Part shown: positions 19,655-31,101 of the stretch, in pieces
Layout: each line of letters starts with the position of its first letter
Position numbering within the stretch: the first letter of the stretch is position 1
Assembly: GCA_036918135.1 (NCBI GenBank)
Contig: JBALDB010000069.1
Location: forward strand, 32,001-96,000
Direction of reading: 5' to 3'
Length of the DNA stretch: 64,000 bases
From: Nostoc sp.
GTDB taxonomy: Bacteria; Cyanobacteriota; Cyanobacteriia; Cyanobacteriales; Nostocaceae
Translations under genes and position numbers: made by a program
The notes under the pieces: generated by a model
Told to the model about the DNA's origin: nothing
Databases searched by the model: none
What the model saw: only the letters and a program-made list of their open reading frames with translations

Positions 19655-20050
19655 ATGAAAAAAACATTTTTACAAATTCCTAGACTCTTTGTAGCTACAG
19701 TCGCAGGAATTAGTTTCGCTTCCTTGCTCCTGGCTCAACCCAGTTCGGCTCAGATAGCCAGCCCAACCGATCCTTTTCCCAGTACTAGTACAACAGACCA
19801 AAATACCGATCCCTTCTCCCGCTCAAACTCAGATAATTTCAACATGTTTGACCTAATTCATCGAGCGAATTTTGGGACTCTCAACTGGAATCCTGAGCAA
19901 CAGAACCAACAATTAGACTCAGCAGCAGCAGCTTTTAAAGCAAGGCAACAAAAACTAATTCAAGGTCAACAGCAAACAACCCCTGGTTTGCCAGCGGTTA
20001 CATCACCATCAGTTACCCAACCATTGGTTATACCACCATCAGGTAACTGA
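19655..20050 (+). CDS. Hypothetical secreted protein
   Basis: Signal-peptide-like N-terminus (…AQPSSAQ); MFDLIHRAN and QLDSAAAAFKARQ segments. Confidence 0.7.
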   Translation: MKKTFLQIPRLFVATVAGISFASLLLAQPSSAQIASPTDPFPSTSTTDQNTDPFSRSNSDNFNMFDLIHRANFGTLNWNPEQQNQQLDSAAAAFKARQQKLIQGQQQTTPGLPAVTSPSVTQPLVIPPSGN

Positions 20051-20062
20051 ATTCAAATAAAT

Positions 20063-20090
20063 AACCCCAATCCCTGAATAAATTGGGGTT
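20063..20090. terminator. Hairpin between convergent genes
   Basis: AACCCCAAT pairs with ATTGGGGTT. Confidence 0.55.
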
Positions 20091-20126
20091 AGACTTCTCA
20101 AAAATCCTTAATTATCTGGCAAAAAA

Positions 20127-20564
20127 CTACAACCCAAGTGCAGCTAAAATATCTTCAGCATGAGTGCTGGTATTTACAGCAGCATCAACATGGGAAATTT
20201 TACCGTCAGGGCTAATTACGTAGGTGACGCGCTTGGCATAACCGCCGCCATCCACATCAAAAGATTCGATCAGGGATTTGTCGGTGTCAGCCAGTAAAGG
20301 AAAATTCAAATTATATTTTTGGGTAAATGCCTGATGAGAGACTTCATCATCTGCACTGACTCCCAATATAACGACATCTTTACCTTGATATTTAGATTGA
20401 GCGTCCCGGAAACTACAAGCTTGTTTAGTGCAGCCAGGAGTGTCATCTTTGGGGTAAAAATACAAAACAACTGTCTTGCCAGCAAAATCAGATAAAGAGA
20501 TTGTGTTGCCGTTTGTATCTTTGGCGGTAAATGCAGGTGCATCCGTACCAACTGCTAGAGGCAT
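20127..20564 (-). CDS. bcp: Peroxiredoxin Q (BCP)
   Basis: YFYPKDDTPGCTKQACSFRD. Confidence 0.92.
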   Translation of the reverse strand: MPLAVGTDAPAFTAKDTNGNTISLSDFAGKTVVLYFYPKDDTPGCTKQACSFRDAQSKYQGKDVVILGVSADDEVSHQAFTQKYNLNFPLLADTDKSLIESFDVDGGGYAKRVTYVISPDGKISHVDAAVNTSTHAEDILAALGL

Positions 20565-20756
20565 AATTAACCTTTCCTGTTTCAGATTGTTGATGCACTT
20601 GAAATTTTACATTAATTTATAATGATTAAATATATTTACTAAAAAATAACATAAATATATTTTAGGTAACCAAATTTTGCTTAGATAAAGTAACTGGTAC
20701 AAAAAATATATTCTGGAATTAATTTTTATTAAAAGAAAAATTTCTACCCATACACA

Positions 20757-21161
20757 ATGCCTCCTGTTGATTCCCAAAACCCAAAAACTTTTGTTTATCC
20801 TCCTAGCACAATAGAAAGAGCCGATCGCTCGCTAATATGTTCCCCTTTTAATCCATCTTTATTTGAAGTCATGCGACACCAGAGTGTGTCATTGAGTGCG
20901 ATAGCCCTAGAAAATGGATTCAAGCAGGGTTATACTCAACGCCCTTTATCAGAATTAGCATGTGACGACGCTTTGGGTTGGCTGATTCAAGTGGGCGTAT
21001 TGCGGCGAGAAGTTGATGGTCAGGGAATTACAGATAGTTTTCGCCTCACTCCCTTAGGACGCCAGTTGATAGAACAATACCAGGGGAAAAATTGGCGTAC
21101 TCCTTCATGGCGCGATCGTTTATACAATACTGTGATTCGTTGGTTGCGCCTACCCTTTTAG
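20757..21161 (+). CDS. Conserved cyanobacterial protein (Npun_F0494-like)
   Basis: WLIQVGVLRREVDGQGITDSFRLTPLG motif. Confidence 0.75.
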   Translation: MPPVDSQNPKTFVYPPSTIERADRSLICSPFNPSLFEVMRHQSVSLSAIALENGFKQGYTQRPLSELACDDALGWLIQVGVLRREVDGQGITDSFRLTPLGRQLIEQYQGKNWRTPSWRDRLYNTVIRWLRLPF

Positions 21162-21257
21162 AACAGAAAACTAAAGAGTTAGGATTAACGAATCAAAGGG
21201 AACAATAAATATACGGAAACATCACATTTATTGATGAAGTCTTTACAATGTGGTGGA

Positions 21258-21385
21258 GTATTGGGTATGGAGCATTGGGCATTGGAAGTGTCAGAGGGAT
21301 GGTGTGTGTAGTTTCGCCCATCTCCCTCATCTGTCGGTTGGTGAGTTTCGACTACGCTCAACTACCGCAAAGTAGAACCACATCT
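21258..21385. repeat. STRR heptamers plus TTCGACTACGCTCA-type small dispersed repeat
   Basis: ATTGGGT/ATTGGGC units; GGTTGGTGAGTTTCGACTACGCTCAACTACC. Confidence 0.55.
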
Positions 21386-21436
21386 CCCTCATGCCCCCAA
21401 AATTTCACCCTATATATTAAAAATCTGATAGTGACT

Positions 21437-22915
21437 ATGAAATCAATTATGGTGGTGGGGACAACATCCCACGCAGGGAAATCACTCTTAACTACAGCTA
21501 TTTGTCGGATTTTGTCGCGGCGCGGCTGGCGAGTGGCTCCCTTCAAAGGTCAAAATATGGCTTTAAATGCTTATGTCACTGCCAATGGTGGAGAAATTGG
21601 CTACGCCCAAGCAGTACAAGCCTGGGCAGCAGGAGTCGTACCTTGGGTAGAAATGAACCCGATTTTACTCAAACCCCAAGGAGATACGACTTCGCAAGTA
21701 ATTATTAAAGGTAGACCTGTGGGCAAAGTAAGTGCCGCAGATTACTACGAGCAATATTTTGAACTGGGGTGGCGGACAATTGAAGAATCGCTACAGCATT
21801 TAGGAACAGAATTTGACTTGTTGGTTTGTGAAGGTGCCGGTAGTCCAGCGGAGATTAACCTCAAGCACCGCGACTTAACGAATATGCGGGTAGCAAAATA
21901 TTTAAATGCGCCAACCATACTAGTAGTTGATATTGACCGGGGCGGTGCTTTTGCCCATGTGGTAGGCACTTTAGAGTTATTAGAAGCTGATGAACGCGCT
22001 TTAGTTAAAGGTGTAGTAATTAACAAGTTTCGAGGACAGCGATCGCTTCTAGAACCAGGAATAAAATGGTTAGAAGAACGCATCGGTATTCCCGTTGTTG
22101 GCGTTATACCTTACTTACAAGAAGTATTTCCGGCGGAAGATTCTCTCGGTCTGCTAGAACGTCAATCAATCAAAGCCCACAGTGACCTCAACATTGCTGT
22201 TATCCGTTTACCTAGAATTGCCAACTTCACCGACTTTGACCCTTTAGAATCAGAAAGCTCAGTTTCAGTAAAATTTCTCAGTCCAAAGCAAGATTTGGGA
22301 CATCCAGATGCAGTAATTATCCCAGGGACAAAGACCACAATTCCTGATTTATTACTGCTACAAAAAAGCGGTATGGCAGAAGCTATTCAACATTATGCTG
22401 CTTCTGGCGGTACGGTTTTAGGCATCTGCGGTGGATATCAAATGCTCGGACAAATCATAGCCGACCCAGAAGGGATAGAAGGACAAGCTGGCAGATATCA
22501 GGGGTTAAATCTGTTACCAATCAGAACTGTAATTACAGGACAGAAAATTGCCCGTCAGCGACAAGTTAGCTCGAATTATCCTCAACTGGGCTTGCCAGTC
22601 AACGGCTTTGAAATCCACCAAGGGCGATCGCGCATTGAACAGCAAGGAATAGATACCCAATCATACCATGCACTATTTGACGATGTTAACTTAGGGTTAG
22701 TAGATAGTTGTCAATCAGTTTGGGGTACTTACCTCCACGGGATTTTTGATAACGGGCCTTGGCGACGGGCTTGGTTAAATCGCCTCCGTCAACAACGGGG
22801 TTTAAAATCTTTGCCCACTGGTGTTGCTAACTACCGAGAACAGCGAGAGCAGATTTTGGATTCGCTAGCCATTGAAGTTGAAAGCCATTTAGATTTAACT
22901 CCATTTTTGTCTTAA
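21437..22915 (+). CDS. cobQ: Cobyric acid synthase
   Basis: GTTSHAGKS, PFKGQNMA, EGAGSPAEINL, GICGGYQMLG, GTYLHG; true start is the ATG at 21437. Confidence 0.95.
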   Translation: MKSIMVVGTTSHAGKSLLTTAICRILSRRGWRVAPFKGQNMALNAYVTANGGEIGYAQAVQAWAAGVVPWVEMNPILLKPQGDTTSQVIIKGRPVGKVSAADYYEQYFELGWRTIEESLQHLGTEFDLLVCEGAGSPAEINLKHRDLTNMRVAKYLNAPTILVVDIDRGGAFAHVVGTLELLEADERALVKGVVINKFRGQRSLLEPGIKWLEERIGIPVVGVIPYLQEVFPAEDSLGLLERQSIKAHSDLNIAVIRLPRIANFTDFDPLESESSVSVKFLSPKQDLGHPDAVIIPGTKTTIPDLLLLQKSGMAEAIQHYAASGGTVLGICGGYQMLGQIIADPEGIEGQAGRYQGLNLLPIRTVITGQKIARQRQVSSNYPQLGLPVNGFEIHQGRSRIEQQGIDTQSYHALFDDVNLGLVDSCQSVWGTYLHGIFDNGPWRRAWLNRLRQQRGLKSLPTGVANYREQREQILDSLAIEVESHLDLTPFLS

Positions 22916-22996
22916 GTTAAAATGCTTTGAAATGTCATTAGTCATTTGCTTTAGACAAACGACAAATGACAATACTAAATCAAAACCATAAGATTG

Positions 22997-23233
22997 ATGA
23001 CTGTTCGTGTCCGATTTCTACCAGATGATGTCACAGTAGACGCCGAAGTGGGTGAAGCCCTTTTAGATGTAGCAGACCGGGCTGGAATATTTATTCCCAC
23101 TGGTTGTTTGATGGGGTCTTGTTACGCTTGTACTGTGGAATTAGAAGATGGAGAGAACATTCGCGCTTGTATTACAGCGATACCACCAGGCGAGGAATTA
23201 ACGATTAATTTGTTTAGTGACCCAACTTGGTGA
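22997..23233 (+). CDS. 2Fe-2S ferredoxin-like protein
   Basis: GCLMGSCYAC...RAC cysteine pattern. Confidence 0.85.
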   Translation: MTVRVRFLPDDVTVDAEVGEALLDVADRAGIFIPTGCLMGSCYACTVELEDGENIRACITAIPPGEELTINLFSDPTW

Positions 23234-23234
23234 T

Positions 23235-23429
23235 GTGATTATTCAATAGTCTGAAGAAGATAATTGCTTCTTGGTAGGATTCCCTGATTTTCCAGGACAA
23301 CCCTGGCGGACTCATGGAGATACTTATGAGTTGTCCGTGGCAAATGGGATTGAAGCCTTAGAGACTCTAATTATCGCTTATGAAGCCACGACTGATTCAC
23401 TTCCAGAACCAACAGTAAGTAGGGTATAG
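23235..23429 (+). pseudogene. HicB-family antitoxin pseudogene (nonsense codon at 23247)
   Basis: Translates VIIQ*SEEDNCFLVGFPDFPGQPWRTHGDTYELSVANGIEALETL...LPEP; TAG sits where W is expected in the HicB-type IIQWSEED motif. Confidence 0.75.
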
Positions 23430-23592
23430 TAACGCACTTTAGTAGCTAGTGACTAATGCTGCACAATTTACTCGAACAATTGCAGGTTACTTTAATTCAA
23501 ATAGTAGTTAGTTTTACGTATTATTACTGTTTTTTAACAAGAATATAATTTGTATATTGATTTTTCACTATGCGAGTCGATGGTAAAAGCGT

Positions 23593-23826
23593 ATGAGTAT
23601 GAGTGAATTAGCACACGAAAAACTTCGTGACTTATGTGCATCTGCTGTTGATTATAGGTTGGTATATTCTTGTGGAGAGACTCCAACTTATGAGACTTAT
23701 GATTCTACAACAGAATCTGTTAAACCAGTTCCACCTAAACCTTGGTATGTCAAAAAGATTGCAAATGAGCCGGAACAGTATTTTACAGGCGGAGAATTAT
23801 ATGAATATTTGAGCCAATTAAAGTAG
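23593..23826 (+). CDS. Hypothetical protein
   Basis: 77-aa ORF with ATG start and plausible composition; no family recognised. Confidence 0.45.
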   Translation: MSMSELAHEKLRDLCASAVDYRLVYSCGETPTYETYDSTTESVKPVPPKPWYVKKIANEPEQYFTGGELYEYLSQLK

Positions 23827-23845
23827 GTTGTCAGAGATAAATTTT

Positions 23846-24058
23846 ATGTCAGACTACATAACAGTGCAAAACAGCAACGAGATTATCAAAATTCATAAGG
23901 ATAAATTTAGCGGTTTTATCGACACAAATTTTGATGAGGATATAATTTCTCTTGCTTATGAGGATGATAATGGTATTCCCAAAGTAGTTAAAATTTATAA
24001 AGATAAAGATCCTGCTGCCTTTGCAGAAGCCCTGGATTTTTTACAAAGTCTAAAATAA
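23846..24058 (+). CDS. Hypothetical acidic protein
   Basis: 70-aa ORF directly after the previous one; no family recognised. Confidence 0.45.
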   Translation: MSDYITVQNSNEIIKIHKDKFSGFIDTNFDEDIISLAYEDDNGIPKVVKIYKDKDPAAFAEALDFLQSLK

Positions 24059-24190
24059 ATATAAACTATTTTGAAAATGCATTAATAAAGGCATCTGAAG
24101 GGTTAATACTACTCAATTTGCACTAACAATTGTTCAGGCAGTAAGAAATTTTTATGCATTGTTTTCTACTGCCTGTTTTTGCTATCTATA

Positions 24191-24634
24191 TCAATTACCT
24201 TTAACATTCAGCGCGTATTGTTTAAACCTTTCCAAATCAGCTTGAATTGTTGATTTTACTATCCGTCCCAAAAATAAGTTATCCATGATTTTACCAAGAA
24301 TGCCGGGAATAGCGTAGGAAATGGTCATTTTAACGATACTACTACCGTGGCGATCGTAAAAGCGAATCGCCCCCTGATTCGGCAAACCATCAATCGATTC
24401 CCATTGAATAATTTGGTTAGGAATAACTTTGAGAATTCGAGATTTCCAAGTAAATTCTAGACCATTACTACTCAATTTCCAAAGAGATATATCCGGATTA
24501 TCTGACGGAACCTTTACTGAATCAATCCACTTCATCCATCGGGGCATTTGCTCTAAATCAGACCAGAGGCTCCATACTAAATCTATGGGAGCTTCTACTT
24601 CTATTTGCACAGTATGCTCTAACCAATCTGACAT
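24191..24634 (-). CDS. SRPBCC / polyketide cyclase-like protein
   Basis: VWSLWSDLEQMPRWM, IQWES, DLERFK; located downstream of crtQ. Confidence 0.85.
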   Translation of the reverse strand: MSDWLEHTVQIEVEAPIDLVWSLWSDLEQMPRWMKWIDSVKVPSDNPDISLWKLSSNGLEFTWKSRILKVIPNQIIQWESIDGLPNQGAIRFYDRHGSSIVKMTISYAIPGILGKIMDNLFLGRIVKSTIQADLERFKQYALNVKGN

Positions 24635-24686
24635 TATTTTTTCTTCCTTGGCGCCTACTCTTTAACAAAAGTCACTAGGTGCTATG

Positions 24687-26123
24687 TCAATTTTTTAAAC
24701 TCTCCAAAATCGCTTTTGCTGCACGCCGTCCAGAAATGGTTGCTCCCTCCATACTGTCAATATAGTCTTGCTGAGTATAACTTCCTGCAAGGAAGAAATT
24801 ATTCACTGGTGTCTTTTGATTGGGACGATACACATCCATTCCTGGGGCTTCTCGATAGAGAGACTGAGCAAGTTTCACCACGCTGTACCAAGTCATATTT
24901 AACTCCCGCGATGAAGGAAAGAGTTCGTGGACTTGCTTGAGGACATGTTGAGCGATCGCTTCATTGCTTTGTGCAATAAAGGGATCTCCAGGCGTCAGCA
25001 CTAGCTGTAACAACGATCCCTGTCCTGGGCGATAATAATCAGCAGGGCTAGTCAACGCTAAATCCGCAAAACAAGAAAAGTCAGCATCAGCCGTATACAG
25101 CAAATTATCTATTCCAGCCGCTTGATTTAGCTGTTTACGCTGTTCTCCATCGTTGAGTTCTGTCACCCAACCATCGAAGCGTAATTGCACTGTTGCTACT
25201 GGCACTGCATTTAGTTTATAAATATTGTCAAATTCTGACCACTTACGCCACTCTTGGGGTAAGATTCGCTGGATACCTGGAACATCACAAGCAAAGACAT
25301 AAGCGTCAGCAGTAACAGTTTCTACTGTATCACCTTGGGCAACTATTATCCCAGTGACGTGAGTTTGTTCGTCTGATGTAAACTGAATTTCCCGCACTTG
25401 GCGACGGGTGTAAACTTTAGTGCCTCTAACTTCCAGATATTCCAGAATCGGCTTGTGCAAATATTCATAGGGAGAACCTTCCAGCATTCGCAGGACAGAA
25501 GCTTCAGTTCTGGCTGCAAAGAACTGGAATATTGTTAACATACAACGGGCAGACATATTTTCGCAATCAATAAATCCCAGTGCGTAGGCAATGGGGTTCC
25601 ACATTCGTTTAATACTGCCATTGCTGCCACCATGACTGCGGAACCAGTCGGCAAAGCTAATTTTATCTAAATTGCGGATGATTTTCATCGCTCCGTTAAA
25701 GTCCACTAACCCGCGAACTATCGGACTAGTACCCAAAGCGATCGCATTTTGCAATTTATCTTGCAATGATAATTGAGAAGTAGTAAAAAATGCTTTTAAG
25801 CCATTAAAAGGCGCACCTGTAATAAACCGAAAATCTAAAGCACCAGTCCGGCCTCCTTTGTTAATAAAAGTGTGGGTATGTTCTTTGAGGCGTAAGTTTT
25901 CTAACACCCCCACTTTCTTCATCAAGTCAAATAACTGGTAGTAGCACCCAAAAAATACATGTAACCCCATTTCTAGATGGTTGCCATCTCCATCAACCCA
26001 ACTGCCAACTTTACCACCCACAAATGGACGAGACTCAAAAATCTGTACTTCACAACCAGCATCAGCTAGATCTACTGCGGTTGCTAGCCCAGCCAATCCC
26101 GCACCTACAATTGCAACACGCAT
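24687..26123 (-). CDS. crtQ: Zeta-carotene desaturase
   Basis: GAGLAG FAD motif, [20 protein letters not shown]. Confidence 0.93.
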   Translation of the reverse strand: MRVAIVGAGLAGLATAVDLADAGCEVQIFESRPFVGGKVGSWVDGDGNHLEMGLHVFFGCYYQLFDLMKKVGVLENLRLKEHTHTFINKGGRTGALDFRFITGAPFNGLKAFFTTSQLSLQDKLQNAIALGTSPIVRGLVDFNGAMKIIRNLDKISFADWFRSHGGSNGSIKRMWNPIAYALGFIDCENMSARCMLTIFQFFAARTEASVLRMLEGSPYEYLHKPILEYLEVRGTKVYTRRQVREIQFTSDEQTHVTGIIVAQGDTVETVTADAYVFACDVPGIQRILPQEWRKWSEFDNIYKLNAVPVATVQLRFDGWVTELNDGEQRKQLNQAAGIDNLLYTADADFSCFADLALTSPADYYRPGQGSLLQLVLTPGDPFIAQSNEAIAQHVLKQVHELFPSSRELNMTWYSVVKLAQSLYREAPGMDVYRPNQKTPVNNFFLAGSYTQQDYIDSMEGATISGRRAAKAILESLKN

Positions 26124-26396
26124 TCCATCGTTCCTTTTCAGTTTCTTTACAGATTGTAACTGGATTGGTGTCGGAATTCGCTACTTAATATCAACTTCCC
26201 AGTATATTAAGACTGGGCAATGTCAATACTAAAACGTCTTTCATTACTCCTTTTAGTCTCAGCAAATGACCAGACGCGAGAAAAAGGCGTCTGTATCAAT
26301 TAAACAAACTCTTGTCTATTGCAGCAAACTCAAAAAAGTATCACAGCTATTTTTCAGTGGTAAAGCAGTTATCTGGCAAGTCATAAAAGCATCTTC

Positions 26397-26567
26397 TTAC
26401 CTATTTACATCTTTGCCCTCATCAGGCACAGGCAAACTTCTAATCAGTTCACGAATGACATCAGTTGCCGGTCTACCTGTTTGTTGACAATATTTTTCTA
26501 GCTTTTCCGCTTCCTGTGTTGCGAGATTCACAGTTATACGTTTTACGGCCCATTTTTTATTTGTCAT
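26397..26567 (-). CDS. CopG/ribbon-helix-helix DNA-binding protein (56 aa, not in ORF track)
   Basis: MTNKKWAVKRITVNLATQEAEKLEKYCQQTGRPATDVIRELIRSL...: beta-strand KRITVNL followed by two helices. Confidence 0.8.
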   Translation of the reverse strand: MTNKKWAVKRITVNLATQEAEKLEKYCQQTGRPATDVIRELIRSLPVPDEGKDVNR

Positions 26568-28240
26568 TATCATGCTATTTGCTATACATTTACATCATCG
26601 AAAAAGTCTAACTAAAGAGGAAAACGATAACATTATCAGAGTTTGTGTCAGGAAACAAGTAATACCATTAATATTAAGATTGTTCGTTTTGTCAAAGGAT
26701 TCATCATCTTCTAAAAAAATCAAAAAACTATACTTTTTGTTACCATTGTGACAGATAAAAAGCACATACTTGCTTGTGAAAATAATAACCCTAGTAGTAG
26801 CATGAGTAAACCCTGACAATTAAATTTTCAAGAGTAAATTTGAGACACCTACTGTTGACTCAATCAAGATTTCCAAAACTATTTTCTAACGAAACTATCT
26901 AAGGTTGTCTGTTAGCCAAGTTTACCTAACGTTCTTGGAGAGAACATCTGGTATAACACCTGAGGTTAAATCCTGACCCCAAGACGGGTTGGAATAGTAT
27001 ATATAACTAGTAAACACTCACTTCAAAGTAGATAAATAAGCATTGCTCTAGACTAAAGACCATCTACACGCATTACTGTAATCAATCAGATAAGAGTTAT
27101 TTCAACGGTTCTAACTTTTAGGTTTTGTTAATTAAAGAGATTTATTTCCTGTATCAATCTTGCACTCAGAAAAACTGAAGTGTAAATATTTAAGATTTGC
27201 TGGTAAAATTTAACAGCATTACCTGTAATATTACACAGATAAATCTCCTAAAAAAGTGATGTTACTTGAGTGTTGTCTATAAAAATATTTTAGTTTTGTT
27301 CCATGTTTTTACAATAACTCCCCGTAAAAATACGATGAATTTTTAGATATTTTTTTCTTCCCTCTAGGAATATAGTTTATTGTCTTGACAATAAATTATT
27401 TTTTGTTTATTGTCTTCATCTATCTGAAGGTGATAGAAATTATTTTTAGATAATTCTTGCGTTACATATCTGAGAGTAAAATTTTGGAGTTGAGCTAAAC
27501 TAAAATAGAAATAATTGCCTAAAAATTTTTGATATACAATTATTATTTAATAGTTAGCACATTAATAAATAATAATTGTATATTTTAATTTTTTTAGGGA
27601 ATGTATTCATTATAACTGTTAAATATGCACTTTAAATAATCTTCATTTAGACATAACAGTTCGATTTTTCAGTCTTTATAAAAAAATTACAAAGTAAAAG
27701 ATATGTTTTGAAAATTTTACTTAAAAATGTTGATATATAACAAACAATTCAATTGATAAAGTTTAAAAAAAAGATTTTGATACTTAGGTGCGTTAGCTAG
27801 GTTTAATTAAAAAGCGATCTATAAATAAAATTAATCAATATATAACAGTTAATACTAAAAAATATATAAATCAAAATACTGGAAAATTTGAGAATACAGG
27901 TACTTCATGAAATTTGGATAAAGTAAACTTCCAATCAATAATAGGGTTGGTTCTTGGCATTAACCAGGAGAGAATAAGAGTATGGGGAGACTTAGAGGAA
28001 TGGAAGCGGGGTTCTTCAGAATCTATCGAACTCACGTTAAATTACGCAAATAACATGCAAATTGCTGCACCTTGAGAGGTATACCAATCAAGAATGCAAA
28101 AAGGCAAAGGCTTAACGATTTTGCTTTTTTCGACCTTTTTCCCACTAAAATACAATTGCCTTAATATGTGTAGTTTTATAAGGTACATTAATTTCTCATG
28201 GCTGCAATCTGAACATTGAGGATTACGGCAAGGAGTGCAA

Positions 28241-29881
28241 CTATTCAAATTTGAGCTGTGGCATGAGTTGAAGAGTACCAATGCCTAAATCTTTAGGTGA
28301 AAACGATCGCGCTTCAAACAAGACCATCATATCTCGTAACTGGGGATTTCCCCGGGAAGCTCCGGTGAGTCCTTTGGCTATGATTAAACCACAGTAGCCT
28401 TTAGTATTTTTACACCGCTGATTCCATTTTTTCCGGGCTTCTAGATGGATGGGATCTTCATCTAAAAATTCACCAAATAGGAACAATTCGCCATTTTGAG
28501 TTTGTAATAAACCCAGGTCATAGCGATCGCCATCAAAGGGGTCGGCACCTGGATTAAAGCAAATTGCTTTGAGTCCACCTGCTGCTTCAATTCTTTCAAT
28601 TACAGTCTTAGCTTTAGGCCGGGAAGTTTGAATTAAAATCACTGGTAAACCGTCACCCACTGGGTTGATTTCACCAGCTTTATGGTAGTTAACACCTTTA
28701 CGCAGATACTCCAACATTTCCCAGGACACTACACCTAAACTAAGGAAAGAATCTTCTGGTATCAAGTCATCTTGTAATGAGCGGAAAGTTTCAGAGCCAA
28801 GGCTGTCAATTTCCCCATCCTCTACACCAAAGCCAGCCATTTCCTCTAATTCTGCTGCTAACTGCGGCATGGTAGAGACTGTCACAGACACAGATTTAGT
28901 TGATTCTTCAGACTGTGGAGGAGAAATACGATAGCGACGGCTGAGGGTCGGGAAGGTTTCAGAATGCAGCTGGCGACGGTGGTCGCGAAGAAAGCGGCTC
29001 AAGCTTTCGATCGCAACAAAGATTACTAGTGCTTCCTCATCATATAAAACAGAACGCAGTCCTTCTAAGGGGTGGATATTACCGAAAGTGGGGTCAATAT
29101 CTGAAAGTGGCAAATCTGCCAAATCACTTGCATCATCTTCGTCTTCGTCGGTTTCGTCAGCACTTTCAAAAGTGAGAAACAGACAGTCTTGCTTGAGGAA
29201 GGCTTCTTCTAAACGCTCTTTTGATTCTTCATCTCTTAAAACTGCGGCGCGAAACCGCTTGAGAGACTCTTCTGAACGATAAAACAAAATCCCATACTCC
29301 ATTCCCAGCATTCCCATAATGGAGGCATAGAGTGTACCAACATCCCACTTATTAATTTCTATTGATAAAATTTGCTGTTCTTCTAAAAATTCCCAAGGTG
29401 CCGCTTGCCAAATTGCAAATGCCTTCTCTCGTAAAATTTGTGCATACTGTGGTGGTAAATCGGGGGTTTGACTATCAAGGATATCAGCGAATCCGCGAAA
29501 CAATTCGTCAATTAAAGGTAGTTCTGGTGCATAGTCAATGGCGATATCCAAATCTTGCAGCACTCCTCGCAAGTAAAATTGGATCTCGCGGTCTTTGACT
29601 ACAATTCTTTGGGGTCTGGCAGGTTTTGCTGGACTGTGAGGATGTTCCATTGCTCGCATTAAGGTGCGAACTATTGCTTCCGGGCCGATATCTGAAGCTA
29701 CCACGTCCATTCCCCGGACAATACCTTGAGAGAAATCTACCCAAAGAATGCATTCTCCTTTAGCCTCTGAGTCTGAATGCTGGTTTGGTGATGACAATGG
29801 ACGACGATCGCCCTCCCATACAGAAGGAATTTGAGTTAATTTCTTCAACCGACGACTGGTAGAGCGATTAAAACTTGTCAT
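28241..29881 (-). CDS. Conserved cyanobacterial hypothetical protein (DUF6930/DUF7309-like)
   Basis: 546-aa ORF; WQAAPW and SIMGMLGMEYG motifs. Confidence 0.7.
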   Translation of the reverse strand: MTSFNRSTSRRLKKLTQIPSVWEGDRRPLSSPNQHSDSEAKGECILWVDFSQGIVRGMDVVASDIGPEAIVRTLMRAMEHPHSPAKPARPQRIVVKDREIQFYLRGVLQDLDIAIDYAPELPLIDELFRGFADILDSQTPDLPPQYAQILREKAFAIWQAAPWEFLEEQQILSIEINKWDVGTLYASIMGMLGMEYGILFYRSEESLKRFRAAVLRDEESKERLEEAFLKQDCLFLTFESADETDEDEDDASDLADLPLSDIDPTFGNIHPLEGLRSVLYDEEALVIFVAIESLSRFLRDHRRQLHSETFPTLSRRYRISPPQSEESTKSVSVTVSTMPQLAAELEEMAGFGVEDGEIDSLGSETFRSLQDDLIPEDSFLSLGVVSWEMLEYLRKGVNYHKAGEINPVGDGLPVILIQTSRPKAKTVIERIEAAGGLKAICFNPGADPFDGDRYDLGLLQTQNGELFLFGEFLDEDPIHLEARKKWNQRCKNTKGYCGLIIAKGLTGASRGNPQLRDMMVLFEARSFSPKDLGIGTLQLMPQLKFE

Positions 29882-30208
29882 AAACTAACTTAATCAAAAC
29901 AAGCAATTTAGGAAGTAAACTTTTGGGGATGGTCAGCCTCGGATTAAATTTTCATGGCTGCACCAGAAGGGTGGTTGCATCTGTGGCTGCCAAAAAACTC
30001 GAACTCCAAAAAGACGAATCTATAAAATATAGTGAGTCTCTCAATTCTAGAATAAAAATCTTTGGGCGCTTTTGACGCAGTGTTTACAATTTGGTATTTA
30101 GCGACATCTATGCCGCTAGAATGGATACAAAAACACCAAGGCAACCTAAAGGCAACAACAAGCTTGCACATGGTAACCTTAGACCTAATTAAGGAGTTGA
30201 AAAAGCAG

Positions 30209-30565
30209 ATGACACAGGCAACTGAGCCTCAACAACGCGGAATTTTGTTGAGCGAAGCAGCATTGCGCCAGGTAAAATTCCTCCAAGACAGGCAAGGCAA
30301 AGACTTATGCTTACGAGTAGGAGTACGTCAGGGTGGCTGCTCTGGAATGTCTTACATGATGGACTTTGAAGACGCCAGCAAAATCGGTTCTCAGGATGAA
30401 GTTTTCGACTACGACGGCTTCCAAATTGTTTGCGATCGCAAGAGTCTATTATACCTCTACGGCTTAATGCTCGATTATAGCGATGCAATGATTGGCGGTG
30501 GCTTCCAGTTTACTAACCCCAACGCCAGCCAGACTTGCGGTTGCGGTAAGTCATTTGGGGTGTAA
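30209..30565 (+). CDS. iscA: A-type Fe-S cluster carrier (HesB/IscA/SufA family)
   Basis: GGCSGMSY and [23 protein letters not shown] upstream of ATG 30209. Confidence 0.9.
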   Translation: MTQATEPQQRGILLSEAALRQVKFLQDRQGKDLCLRVGVRQGGCSGMSYMMDFEDASKIGSQDEVFDYDGFQIVCDRKSLLYLYGLMLDYSDAMIGGGFQFTNPNASQTCGCGKSFGV

Positions 30566-30581
30566 GATTGTGGTTTGTTAG

Positions 30582-30673
30582 TTGTCCTTTGTCAATTGTC
30601 CTTTGTCATTTGTTTAAACCAAATGACCAACGATCAATGACCAATGACCAATGACCAATGACTAATGACTAAT
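30582..30673. repeat. Inverted STRR heptamer arrays
   Basis: TTGTCCT/TTGTCAT units facing AATGACC/AATGACT units. Confidence 0.8.
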
Positions 30674-30678
30674 TTAGT

Positions 30679-31101
30679 ATGACTCAAACAGTCGAATCCC
30701 TGTTTGATACAGGTTTAGAACGTTATAAAGCTGGAGAATCAGTAGATTCTTTAATCCCTGTGTTTAAAGAAGTGTGCGATCGCGCTCCTAGAACTAGTTC
30801 GGCTTGGATTTGTTTAGCGTGGTTATATCTTCTCAACAACAAACCCAATTTGGCTTACAAAGCTGCAAATAAAGCAGTGAAATTAAATCCGCAAGATCCA
30901 CAGGGAAGAATCAATCTCGCCCTAGCAATGCTAGAAACAGGTCAAAAAGGTTTGCGGGAACACATAGACTTTGCACAACAGTTGATTTTTGTCAATCCAG
31001 AATGGGCAGATGAAATAAAAAATAGTATTCAAGATGGTTTAAACAGAAAACCAGATTGGCAGAATTTGATTAAAGTCAAAAAATGGCTGTTTGAAGAGTA
31101 G
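30679..31101 (+). CDS. TPR-repeat protein
   Basis: AWICLAWLYL...AANKAVKLNPQDPQGRINLALA TPR pattern. Confidence 0.8.
   Translation: MTQTVESLFDTGLERYKAGESVDSLIPVFKEVCDRAPRTSSAWICLAWLYLLNNKPNLAYKAANKAVKLNPQDPQGRINLALAMLETGQKGLREHIDFAQQLIFVNPEWADEIKNSIQDGLNRKPDWQNLIKVKKWLFEE

Noticed and set aside
21248..21436. 63-aa N-terminal extension of CobQ
   Set aside because: It runs through intergenic repeats; CobQ homology begins at ATG 21437.
26595..26819. 74-aa minus-strand ORF (also 28042-28281 and 62319-62543)
   Set aside because: No recognisable motif or RBS; likely chance ORFs in AT-rich DNA.
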